Below are positions 9,320-17,174 of a stretch of DNA of 64,000 bases, piece by piece. Both the position numbers and the translations under genes were made by a program. The stretch lies in sequence record NC_102531.1; one strand, written 5' to 3'. Numbering within the stretch: position 1 is the first letter of the stretch; each line of letters begins with the position of its first letter. The notes under the pieces were generated by a model that made no database searches, was not told where the DNA came from, and saw only the letters and a program-made list of their open reading frames with translations. The DNA is from a phage.

Positions 9320-9347
9320 AGTATACTGATCTAAGTTAGCTTGTCAA
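9320..9347 (-). promoter_or_regulatory. Sigma70-like promoter, family B copy 2 (-35 TTGACA, 16-nt spacer, -10 TATACT)
   Basis: Same architecture as 7451..7479, followed by a GGGAA / TTCCC hairpin. Confidence 0.5.
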
Positions 9348-9467
9348 TTAAAAGTTTAAGAAAAATTTTGCTACACCGTTGGCGCTACCCATCAACATTT
9401 GCGCCAGGATGTAACCAATGATGCAAACGATAATAGTTACCTTTGTGTGCTGGCGTGTAGTGCTCAT
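9348..9467 (-). CDS. Small membrane peptide (39 aa, MSTTRQHTKVTIIVCIIGYILAQMLMGSANGVAKFFLNF)
   Basis: Hand-translated codon by codon; AGGAGG Shine-Dalgarno 7 nt upstream. Confidence 0.35.
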   Translation of the reverse strand: MSTTRQHTKVTIIVCIIGYILAQMLMGSANGVAKFFLNF

Positions 9468-9542
9468 CTTTAAGCCTCCTTTTCCGCTTAATTGTGGTTA
9501 GTTTACTTTATTGATTGGAGTCAAGGCCATCTAAAAATAAAC

Positions 9543-9938
9543 TCAATAAGTTTTTAGTACTTTCCCGTCCAATCTGTCAAGCTGGATCTCGATAGCTGCA
9601 GAAAACCTATTGTAAACCACATCGCCCAAGGAGTCCAGCCAATCTATGACGTTATACACCTGCTCTTTATTCTTGCAAGTCCGGATCCGTTTCATTACGT
9701 AAGACGGATCAATATTAGTGCTCTCGTTGTTGTGGTCATGCGCCTGGCCTGCCGCATTAGTTATAGATTTTACAACCACCTGAAAAGGCTTTAAGGTGCC
9801 TTTTGCGTTCATCTCACGCGCTTTTGCGGCGCGGTTGTTATATGTTACACAACGGCGGCAAATGTTGACTAAATGCATGTCAATAATTTTTTCATCGTTT
9901 GCCAGTTCGTTCATGATGCGGCGTACGTTCTTATTCAT
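9543..9938 (-). CDS. Hypothetical protein (131 aa)
   Basis: ORF with AGGAAA Shine-Dalgarno. Confidence 0.5.
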   Translation of the reverse strand: MNKNVRRIMNELANDEKIIDMHLVNICRRCVTYNNRAAKAREMNAKGTLKPFQVVVKSITNAAGQAHDHNNESTNIDPSYVMKRIRTCKNKEQVYNVIDWLDSLGDVVYNRFSAAIEIQLDRLDGKVLKTY

Positions 9939-9957
9939 GATCTTTTTCCTTTGTGTT

Positions 9958-9978
9958 GGCGGGAAACATTCCCGTCTT
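9958..9978 (-). promoter_or_regulatory. 5' UTR stem-loop GGCGGGAA aca TTCCCGTC, family B copy 3
   Basis: Same hairpin as 7422..7440 with one wobble pair. Confidence 0.4.
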
Positions 9979-10025
9979 TTGTGTATAGTTTACTTGAATT
10001 TTGCAGCGTGTCAATAATTTTTTTT

Positions 10026-10424
10026 TTATTCGTGGGCACATGTTACAATGTGCTTTTTATAGCCCAGGTGGTTAGCAAGTGCCGCCAAAAACTCTTCTTC
10101 ATAGATCCAGCCGTCGGCAGTGATTCCCATGGCACTTAATGCGCTTTCAAGTGCAGCGTTGGCTTTATCATAACCGTGACCGCTCGCCTTGCCGCCAGTA
10201 TAACCGTACTTATTGTTCTTGTTGTCGTGAATCCAAAATACACAGTAGTGAGTGTTACCGCTGGCGGCGGCATAGTACCGGATCTCCGCTACTTCGTGCA
10301 AATTATTATCATCGTCCAGGCCAACCAGATTATAGGCCTTGTAGAATCCGCGATCACGGCGGCAGCTTTTAACATCAGAAAAAGAGAAGTCAGCATTGTC
10401 AAAATTAAAGGTTGTGGTTTTCAT
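10026..10424 (-). CDS. Hypothetical protein (132 aa)
   Basis: ORF. Confidence 0.5.
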   Translation of the reverse strand: MKTTTFNFDNADFSFSDVKSCRRDRGFYKAYNLVGLDDDNNLHEVAEIRYYAAASGNTHYCVFWIHDNKNNKYGYTGGKASGHGYDKANAALESALSAMGITADGWIYEEEFLAALANHLGYKKHIVTCAHE

Positions 10425-10488
10425 GATTTTATCCTCTTAGTGTCTTTTGTGCTTTCAGTATATTTTGTTTCAGACTACATGTCAATAT

Positions 10489-10686
10489 TTATTTTTTATT
10501 AAACCAGTGGTTGATCTGACCTTTTGTCAGGGCGCAACGATTAAGCTGTTGCAGGGTATAGCTATGACCGCGACGAAATTTATAAAGGCCTTGCCCGTTG
10601 TTGATGGTTACATCCACCCGGCAAATCACTTGATTGGTGACCACCTGGCGAGTGTTGCGACGTACTTTGATCCCGTATGCGTTCAT
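10489..10686 (-). CDS. Hypothetical protein (65 aa; start at the internal ATG)
   Basis: ATG at 10686 preceded by AAAGAGGA. Confidence 0.4.
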   Translation of the reverse strand: MNAYGIKVRRNTRQVVTNQVICRVDVTINNGQGLYKFRRGHSYTLQQLNRCALTKGQINHWFNKK

Positions 10687-10767
10687 AAATTTATCCTCTT
10701 TACTGGTTAGTGCGGTGTTGTTCACCTTGTAGGGTAATAATACCATGATTAACCTTGTTGTCAACGA

Positions 10768-10941
10768 CTATTTTAAATTATTTTTATGATAGAATCCACC
10801 TGCCGCCCCCGCTAGGTTAACCACCATTTTTTCGTACTCTTCTTTATGTTCCAACGCTCCCGCCATAGCCTTTTCAACCAGGGCGATAGCCTCAGCGTCA
10901 TTAATCGCTACATTCTCCAGGTGAGTAGCATTACCTTTCAT
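10768..10941 (-). CDS. Small protein (57 aa, MKGNATHLENVAINDAEAIALVEKAMAGALEHKEEYEKMVVNLAGAAGGFYHKNNLK)
   Basis: Hand-translated; GAGGAGG Shine-Dalgarno 6 nt upstream. Confidence 0.35.
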   Translation of the reverse strand: MKGNATHLENVAINDAEAIALVEKAMAGALEHKEEYEKMVVNLAGAAGGFYHKNNLK

Positions 10942-11067
10942 TTTTGTACCTCCTCTTCAATTGTTTACCCTACTACCAGGTTTGCAAGCTTTCACCCCCC
11001 TGCCAGGCTGGCCCCGCCAGGTTGCAACGGTTAGCGCATCAGGTTAGAAAAAATTTTTTGAAAAGTG

Positions 11068-11096
11068 TTGACAGCGGCCCCGCCGGGTGGCACAAT
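11068..11096 (+). promoter_or_regulatory. Plus-strand promoter-like unit 1 (-35 TTGACA, AT-rich upstream, weak -10 CACAAT with TG at -15)
   Basis: Perfect -35 hexamer; weak -10; no ORF downstream. Confidence 0.35.
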
Positions 11097-11211
11097 ATAC
11101 CTATCGAAAGGACGGCAGGCACCGGTGACGGGGGAGACAACCACCGGGGATGGGCGCTGCATAAAATGAGAACGGTTATCATTATCATTTAAAAATTTAT
11201 GCAAAAAGTCC

Positions 11212-11242
11212 TTGCTTTCTTTGTCCTGTGTGATACTATAAT
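11212..11242 (+). promoter_or_regulatory. Plus-strand promoter-like unit 2 (-35 TTGCTT, -10 TATAAT)
   Basis: Perfect -10 hexamer at 11237..11242; downstream region shares GGGAGACAA and GAGAAnGnTTATCATT motifs with unit 1. Confidence 0.4.
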
Positions 11243-11358
11243 AACAAGCCGGGGCAACAGGGGCCGGGAGACAATCACCGGGCCTGCCCGTTATTCTGCA
11301 AACGAGAATGATTATCATTCAAAATTCTAAATGAGAACTCCTCGCATTTAATAAATTT

Positions 11359-11374
11359 AATTAGCATGCTAATT
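11359..11374. repeat. 16-bp perfect palindrome AATTAGCATGCTAATT (candidate operator)
   Basis: Self-complementary on inspection. Confidence 0.5.
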
Positions 11375-11523
11375 ACCCTCCGTAACAATTTCCTATAAAA
11401 CAGTATCCCATAAAATATTCCCATATAGAAATTTTAAAAATCCATTTCTGAAAACGAAAAATCGATTTCGTCCCCAAAAATTTCAGGTCGAGATCCGGAA
11501 CGATTTCCAGAAAATCCGGTTCA

Positions 11524-11547
11524 GAAAACGAAAAACAGATCGAGTAC
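11524..11547. repeat. Direct repeat GAAAACGAAAAACAGATCGAGTAC, copy b
   Basis: 22 bp identical to 11591..11612; partial copy at 11450..11466; contains GATC. Confidence 0.6.
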
Positions 11548-11589
11548 TGAGAAATTTATCGAGAAAAATTTTCAGAAAATTCAATCTTT

Positions 11590-11612
11590 GAAACGAAAAA
11601 CAGATCGAGTAC
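11590..11612. repeat. Direct repeat GAAACGAAAAACAGATCGAGTAC, copy c
   Basis: Matches copy b. Confidence 0.6.
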
Positions 11613-11924
11613 CTGGAAAGCTGCACCGCAACTTCAAGATAGTGGTTGGATTATTACCATAAAAGGTCAAGGGTAAGTGGAGGAAGTTCTGGTAGAAGGG
11701 TGTGAGCATGTGCGGGAAATCTGTAATGGTGGTCTGGAATATGGTGCAAACGATAGGATGAGTGGTTCATCTCGCCATGCCTGCTCTGAAAAATCCATTT
11801 TAGTTTTCGATCCATTTTCTGATTTTCTAAGGATTTTAAAATATCCAGCCTGGTGAAATATCAAAAGGAGGAAATCCATTTTAGAAATCCCCCTTACACT
11901 TGATATGCCAGGAATTTTCAAGTA

Positions 11925-12254
11925 TCAGCTGTCTTTGTTTTTAGGTTTGTACATGCGCAGAGGTATGGTCTTTGTAACACTCCATTTCCTCAACCCTTCC
12001 CAGCTCCAGTTGTGGGCGTGGTATCCGGTTATGCATGCACTGCTGGCGTGATCATAAGCATAAGAGAACGCTATGTGCACCAGGTGGGGCCAGTCCTTCC
12101 ACGGCTGTGGACCGTAAGCCTTTCTCCAACACCGACACAAACTAATTGTCTCAAGAATAGGGAGAATAACAATTCCATATACCACCACCAGAATGGTCAG
12201 TGCAATGATTGTCAGGAACACATACCCTGCAGTTGAAATGATGATCTCTGTCAT
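11925..12254 (-). CDS. Membrane protein (109 aa)
   Basis: ORF; N-terminal hydrophobic helix. Confidence 0.45.
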   Translation of the reverse strand: MTEIIISTAGYVFLTIIALTILVVVYGIVILPILETISLCRCWRKAYGPQPWKDWPHLVHIAFSYAYDHASSACITGYHAHNWSWEGLRKWSVTKTIPLRMYKPKNKDS

Positions 12255-12454
12255 TTGTCGTCCCCTTTCTTACGAATATAGATGTGAGAGCCTGCCTGTA
12301 TATAAATTTCTCGACCATCCTCTGCAAAGATATGAAATACACGATCACCTTCGTACTCGATACGAGATATCTTCATAATGGTCTTTCCACCTGGGATACG
12401 GATCTCGTCTCCCACAGCGATGTTCCATGCAGATTTAAGCTTAAACATCTGCAC
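12251..12454 (-). CDS. Hypothetical protein (67 aa)
   Basis: ORF with 4-nt overlap to the downstream gene. Confidence 0.45.
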   Translation of the reverse strand: MQMFKLKSAWNIAVGDEIRIPGGKTIMKISRIEYEGDRVFHIFAEDGREIYIQAGSHIYIRKKGDDK

Positions 12455-12686
12455 CCTCCTTTGGGAACTTGAACTCTGGCATAGCCATATACGCTACAAC
12501 AGGGTTGTGATCAAAGTAGAACTGACCGTTAATTATCCCGGTTTTGTCCACATAGTTACCAGATCCTGCAAGAACAACCTCGCAAGCTCCGAAATCTACA
12601 TTGCCATCCTCATCAGCCATAGCTACAATATACTTTCCTAGGGGCATGTTTTTAACGCCGTCTACAAATGTCCACCCTTTGTTCAT
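12441..12686 (-). CDS. Hypothetical protein (81 aa)
   Basis: ORF. Confidence 0.45.
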   Translation of the reverse strand: MNKGWTFVDGVKNMPLGKYIVAMADEDGNVDFGACEVVLAGSGNYVDKTGIINGQFYFDHNPVVAYMAMPEFKFPKEGADV

Positions 12687-12706
12687 ACTTTATCTCCTGC
12701 ACTCTC

Positions 12707-13039
12707 TTAAGGTAACCAGTAAACAATCTCGCCTTTCAGCTTCATGTCGTTTCCAACATAAATTTCCCAGCCATCCATCTTAGCAACTGTAGGCCCAAAG
12801 TCATCCGCACCCCTTACCTCTTTCCAGGCTCCGTAGTCAGGTTGCCAGATATAGAATCCACCTTCTTTGTCCCATGCTCCGTACACTACGTTTAACAGGT
12901 TTCCCATTGCAACAATGGTGGGCCGTGGGAATAATACATCTACAGATGCGCCACAATTTCGGGTATCTTTTAAGTTGCAATCCCAAAAGATGTCTGCCAG
13001 TGTGGCGGCGATAGCTTTACGTCTTTCCAATGTTACCAT
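12707..13039 (-). CDS. Hypothetical protein (110 aa)
   Basis: ORF. Confidence 0.5.
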   Translation of the reverse strand: MVTLERRKAIAATLADIFWDCNLKDTRNCGASVDVLFPRPTIVAMGNLLNVVYGAWDKEGGFYIWQPDYGAWKEVRGADDFGPTVAKMDGWEIYVGNDMKLKGEIVYWLP

Positions 13040-13049
13040 GGCACGATAC

Positions 13050-13241
13050 TCACTTGTTGTTAAGAAGTTCTAAAACTTTCTGTTTTACTTTATCAAGATC
13101 TGTTGATTCAAAAACTGTGCGATATCCCCAGCTTTGACCATAGGAGCGACTGCAATCTCCGTAGCACCATTGTTCAATTTGATAATATTCAAGGAATGGA
13201 TGCTGTCTGACTATGATACCATCCCGATTAAAAATTACCAT
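13050..13241 (-). CDS. Hypothetical protein (63 aa)
   Basis: ORF. Confidence 0.45.
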   Translation of the reverse strand: MVIFNRDGIIVRQHPFLEYYQIEQWCYGDCSRSYGQSWGYRTVFESTDLDKVKQKVLELLNNK

Positions 13242-13309
13242 GGTAAAGTTCTCTCTCTTTGTTGGTTTATGCTTGCATTATACACTACAGTTTTCAGATG
13301 TCAACCTTT

Positions 13310-13480
13310 TTATACTAAAATCTCCAGCCAGAAAGCACACGGGAACACCTTGATGATTGAATCTTTACCTGGTTCAGCAGTTCTTTTTCCGTAGGGCAGG
13401 TAGAAATACCCTCCTGCAGATTCGAACACAGCCCCTTCGGTTGTATCTATCACAGCTAGAATTAAGATTTTAGTCTCCAT
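13310..13480 (-). CDS. Small protein (56 aa, METKILILAVIDTTEGAVFESAGGYFYLPYGKRTAEPGKDSIIKVFPCAFWLEILV)
   Basis: Hand-translated; GAGGGAG Shine-Dalgarno upstream; fills a 290-bp gap in the track. Confidence 0.35.
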   Translation of the reverse strand: METKILILAVIDTTEGAVFESAGGYFYLPYGKRTAEPGKDSIIKVFPCAFWLEILV

Positions 13481-13533
13481 AGTGCTCCCTCTCTCAATTG
13501 TTGTGGTGACTATACCACCTCAAGAGCCAGCTG

Positions 13534-14091
13534 TCAACACTTTTTGTACTCCACCACGATCACATCAATGTCTGTGGTGGCAAGATTAATGACGTCTTCC
13601 ACGTGTTCCCACTTTAGACCACCAATACCGCATCCGATTTTAGGAATGTAGAACGGTAATGACATACCTTTGAATACCTCATTGACTCGCTCAAAGCCTT
13701 TCATGATTGAGAAGTATTCAGCGTTAGGTCCTGGGTAGAACTGAGTATATAGGTTGATTCCATATACAACCTTGTTCTTGGCAAAATGCTCCCAACAAGA
13801 AAACATGCCCAGCTTGTCTAGATTACCATAAGCAGTCTCTTTGTCGGCTGCCAATGCTTGAGGGAACTCACGGGCAATATCTTTCGCTATGCCTGCCCCC
13901 ATTGTGTGAAAGCAGTTACAACCGTGGATCATGTGTCCTGCCCCTTTCTTGAAAAGGGAGATCAGATCCCCCTCTACAGTATCAATAATCACGGTATGCC
14001 AGCTCCTCTTCTGCAATTTCCAAAAACTCATCCCAACACTGTGGCATATTTGAGTTGCCGAAGTGGCTTTCGTAGTAGAGATTTTTACCAC
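13534..14091 (-). CDS. Macrodomain protein, TARG1/OARD1/DarG-like (ADP-ribose binding or hydrolase)
   Basis: GDLISL...HGCNCFHTMGAGIAKDI and IPKIGCGIGGLKWEHV align with the TARG1 motifs GDLF...MGAGIA and MPRIGCGLDRLQWENV as recalled; true start may be an internal Met. Confidence 0.65.
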   Translation of the reverse strand: MVKISTTKATSATQICHSVGMSFWKLQKRSWHTVIIDTVEGDLISLFKKGAGHMIHGCNCFHTMGAGIAKDIAREFPQALAADKETAYGNLDKLGMFSCWEHFAKNKVVYGINLYTQFYPGPNAEYFSIMKGFERVNEVFKGMSLPFYIPKIGCGIGGLKWEHVEDVINLATTDIDVIVVEYKKC

Positions 14092-14407
14092 TTGGAAGGT
14101 AGAAATCTGTTACCTCGTAGAATCCACAATCATCGCACTCACCTTCTTCAAACTTAGCTTTAACTTTAATACCGAGGAAGGTGAAAAGTTTATGGATATC
14201 TTCAGTTTCGAACTCCCAGTGAATGTTGTTTTCCGCATCGGTGTAGAACTGGATCAGCAGACCATTGTCCAGTTTACCAAAATACTCTGTGAAGTAACTT
14301 CCTTCCCAGAAATCTTTATGACAAATAATATCCATGCGTTTGCCCATAATAATGGTGTGAGCGTTTTGGGCATCGTCACGAATCAGTTTTGGCATTTCAT
14401 AGATCAT
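13982..14407 (-). CDS. Hypothetical protein (141 aa)
   Basis: ORF with GGAGAA Shine-Dalgarno; its 3' end overlaps the macrodomain ORF in another frame. Confidence 0.45.
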   Translation of the reverse strand: MIYEMPKLIRDDAQNAHTIIMGKRMDIICHKDFWEGSYFTEYFGKLDNGLLIQFYTDAENNIHWEFETEDIHKLFTFLGIKVKAKFEEGECDDCGFYEVTDFYLPSGKNLYYESHFGNSNMPQCWDEFLEIAEEELAYRDY

Positions 14408-14475
14408 CTTCGTTCTCCGGGTTCAACAGGTGGTGGTGCTACAGGAAGATCATAAAACATGGCTATCACAGTCTC

Positions 14476-14673
14476 TTACACAGGAATTGCTTCAAACAGT
14501 CCGTTATCTATACCGTCCTTCAGATAGAGATTATATTCTATGTCGGTATCTGTATAAAGGGCAGCATCCAGCATTCTATCTGTGAGGCCATTCATTGGGT
14601 GGAGAAACCACCACCCACGCCAGTCAAAGTAACAGCCTGGTGCATCTTCTCTTACACGGATTCGATAAATCAT
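14476..14673 (-). CDS. Hypothetical Trp-rich protein (65 aa)
   Basis: ORF. Confidence 0.4.
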   Translation of the reverse strand: MIYRIRVREDAPGCYFDWRGWWFLHPMNGLTDRMLDAALYTDTDIEYNLYLKDGIDNGLFEAIPV

Positions 14674-14769
14674 GGGCAGTGGCCTCCTGTTAGTTATACA
14701 TCCCAGTTTTCTTCGTTCATCGCGTCCTCCCGTTATATGAAGTTATAATTGCACACCTTTCAACTTGTG

Positions 14770-15186
14770 TCAACAGAAAACTTCAACAAATTCTTCCACA
14801 GTTTTAATGTCGTGGGAAAAAGGTTTACGGCTATAACGGGCAATAGCACTATCAACCACCGCCCGGTACTCCAAATCTTCAGAATATTTCATGAAGCATT
14901 GCAGCGTCTCTGGGCAGATAGCTAAATAGCTCCACCACCCCTCTTCAGATTGGTAGTCGAATCCCATACTCTCCAACCATGAAGCATATACGCCTGCACC
15001 TTCAAGCCAGTGAGTATTTTCATCCAGAAACTTGTTAATAGACATGTGAGCTTCTAAGCATTTATCCAGCTCTTTTCCGTTAACCAGCCATGCACTAACT
15101 GTGGCGCATCCGAGGTCTACAGATTGAGTTGACAGGTTGTATTGGTCATAGTTCTCAGGTTTAACAATGATATCTTCTAATGTCAT
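14770..15186 (-). CDS. Hypothetical protein (138 aa)
   Basis: ORF with AAGGAG Shine-Dalgarno; follows a terminator. Confidence 0.5.
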   Translation of the reverse strand: MTLEDIIVKPENYDQYNLSTQSVDLGCATVSAWLVNGKELDKCLEAHMSINKFLDENTHWLEGAGVYASWLESMGFDYQSEEGWWSYLAICPETLQCFMKYSEDLEYRAVVDSAIARYSRKPFSHDIKTVEEFVEVFC

Positions 15187-15202
15187 TTTTCAGATCTCCT
15201 TA

Positions 15203-15233
15203 TACAAAAATGCCCCACCCTTTCGGGCAGGGC
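15203..15233 (-). terminator. Intrinsic terminator with GAAA tetraloop (GCCCTGCCC gaaa GGGTGGGGC, then ATTTTTG)
   Basis: 9-bp stem with T-run; the 22-nt hairpin sequence recurs exactly at 25334..25355. Confidence 0.65.
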
Positions 15234-15248
15234 TATGTTAACTAATTG

Positions 15249-16463
15249 TTAAAAAGGGATGTCATCATCAAAGGCGTACTGTGCGGGATTCTGATCCATT
15301 GGGTCATCTTCCTCATCATTTACAGGAGGAGCGTCTACAGTGTTTTGCTGTGGAGCTGCTTCCTGTTTGGCAGCCTGAGGTTCTTGATGGTCAGTTGACC
15401 CAGCACCGTTCTTGATCCAATCGTACAACGGCTCAGCCAGATTAGTCAAGACATCTTTTGCTTCTGCAGTAATTGCCGATGCAAAATCATCAACTTTCGT
15501 TTTCTTGTCAATGCGGCGACAAGCGTTCAACACCGCATTACCGACACTGGCACCTACTTCATCTTCAGTTCGGTTGGTGGCTTGAGCATACTCTTTCTTA
15601 AGCTCAATGGTGACTACGTGCAGTGTTTTAGCCACGCCTAGTGGGTCGTCTACCTTAAACCCGCGATCCAGGATGATCTGCAACGCATTGATGCTGTGCC
15701 CCGTCTCCACACCAATAGGGTCGTAAGAGGATTTACGCTTGCCACCAGAGCCTTGAGTGCCGTTCTCTGCCTTAGGTGGATAGGCTTTGAAACCACTGAT
15801 AATGTTTCCGGTGTCTTTGTCAACAATGGCTGCAACACGACCACCTACCACCAGGTCTTTAAGTTGCTCATCGGTGACAACCATAGCACCTTCGCCAATC
15901 TTGTGATCATTAACAGTAACCACGTTGCCAACAATCTGAGTCACATCGCCATAGATGCGTAAAACGTCCTGATTGGCATTCTGCTGAGGTTTCTGCTTCT
16001 GGCCTTGTGATTGTGCACCTTGCTGCTGAGTCGCTGCTGGAGCCTCTCCTGCACCCAGCTTGACCATCTTAGCCAGTGAGCCTTTGTAATAGGTCTTACC
16101 GTTATGCTCGTTTGCCTTCAAAGGGATATTTACGATCCATCCTGGTGTTACGGTTTCCCACTTGTCATCAATTTTAACAGAGACAGAGTCTTGATGACCC
16201 GGTTTAAGCAGCTTATCGCCCATACTGATCCAAACTTCTTCACCACCTTGAAGCAGGTTATCAGAGGAATCCAGTTCAGAAATCAGTAAAGAGATGGTGT
16301 GGCTGGATTCAATTTTCTTACCTTGCCACACAGTGGTTTTAATACCTGTTGTAGGATCAGCACCTTTGATAGGTTTGATGCTGACACGTTTAATCATGCC
16401 GTGAGCCAGTAAAACAGTTTCACGCGGATTCATCGGGTTAGCGAATTGTTGAATAACGCTCAT
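15249..16463 (-). CDS. Single-stranded DNA-binding protein-like (404 aa) with C-terminal DDDIPF tail
   Basis: C-terminus AQYAFDDDIPF matches the E. coli SSB acidic tip; Gln-rich linker; position in the replication module. Confidence 0.55.
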   Translation of the reverse strand: MSVIQQFANPMNPRETVLLAHGMIKRVSIKPIKGADPTTGIKTTVWQGKKIESSHTISLLISELDSSDNLLQGGEEVWISMGDKLLKPGHQDSVSVKIDDKWETVTPGWIVNIPLKANEHNGKTYYKGSLAKMVKLGAGEAPAATQQQGAQSQGQKQKPQQNANQDVLRIYGDVTQIVGNVVTVNDHKIGEGAMVVTDEQLKDLVVGGRVAAIVDKDTGNIISGFKAYPPKAENGTQGSGGKRKSSYDPIGVETGHSINALQIILDRGFKVDDPLGVAKTLHVVTIELKKEYAQATNRTEDEVGASVGNAVLNACRRIDKKTKVDDFASAITAEAKDVLTNLAEPLYDWIKNGAGSTDHQEPQAAKQEAAPQQNTVDAPPVNDEEDDPMDQNPAQYAFDDDIPF

Positions 16464-16828
16464 TATTTGTCTCCTTGTTCTTCGTTAGTGTTTGCCGTGT
16501 GTGCAAACCCTGCCTGAATTAATTTGTCCTGAACTTGAGCCAACAGGCCCATTGCAAAACTTGTGGTCCCAGAGAGGGCCATCAGCATATCTCGTTGTTG
16601 AGCTACCCAACCTAAGGCATAGTCCAAACGACGATATTTTTCTTCTTCACGCAGAGCCTGAAATAATTGTTCAGCCTCCGGTTGTTGTGTGAGCTCCTGA
16701 AGTCTTCCCATGAAAGAAGAAAGCACCAGCAAAAGAGACACTTGATCTTTACTTAACCCTAAGAAAAATTCTTGAGGTTGTTCTTGCTCGTTCATCGCAA
16801 CCGACGCTTGATCGTTCATTTGTTCCAT
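16463..16828 (-). CDS. Hypothetical protein (121 aa)
   Basis: ORF, 1-nt overlap with the SSB-like gene. Confidence 0.45.
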   Translation of the reverse strand: MEQMNDQASVAMNEQEQPQEFFLGLSKDQVSLLLVLSSFMGRLQELTQQPEAEQLFQALREEEKYRRLDYALGWVAQQRDMLMALSGTTSFAMGLLAQVQDKLIQAGFAHTANTNEEQGDK

Positions 16829-16872
16829 TATGGAATCTCCGATTTTATTTGAACAACATAGAAGGAGACACT

Positions 16873-16901
16873 ATTTTAGCATCCCCTTCTGTAAATTACA
16901 A
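16873..16901 (-). promoter_or_regulatory. Sigma70-like promoter (-35 TTGTAA, 17-nt spacer, -10 TAAAAT)
   Basis: Hexamers and spacing read from the sequence; lies between two minus-strand genes. Confidence 0.35.
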
Positions 16902-16911
16902 TAGGTATTTG

Positions 16912-17157
16912 TTAGCCAATCACTTCAAAAGTTCCCCAATTCCCGTCCAGCAGGCAGGTGATCGGATCCCCATCGTCGTCAAAGATTTCAAAGTTTTCAG
17001 CATCCAGGATGTGGCCCTCGAACACAATACTTTCGTCGCCACCGCCAGAAATAACAGCGTATTCCTTACCTTGAGTCAAGTTTTGACACCCTTTGCCACC
17101 AAAACCTACTTCAACACAACGTACTTTCTGTCCTGCGCGAGCAACTACTTCAGTCAT
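16912..17157 (-). CDS. Hypothetical protein (81 aa)
   Basis: ORF with AGGAGA Shine-Dalgarno. Confidence 0.45.
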   Translation of the reverse strand: MTEVVARAGQKVRCVEVGFGGKGCQNLTQGKEYAVISGGGDESIVFEGHILDAENFEIFDDDGDPITCLLDGNWGTFEVIG

Positions 17158-17174
17158 CTTAAGGTCTCCTGATA

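Noticed and set aside
11667-11921. Minus-strand ORF of 84 aa in the repeat-rich non-coding hub
   Set aside because: Low-complexity translation, no Shine-Dalgarno, and it spans the direct repeats and promoter-like region; more likely regulatory DNA than coding.
13405-13425. GATTCGAAC string resembling a tRNA T-loop
   Set aside because: No acceptor or T stems could be formed around it, and it sits inside a well-formed 56-aa ORF; no other tRNA-like cloverleaf signatures were found by eye.
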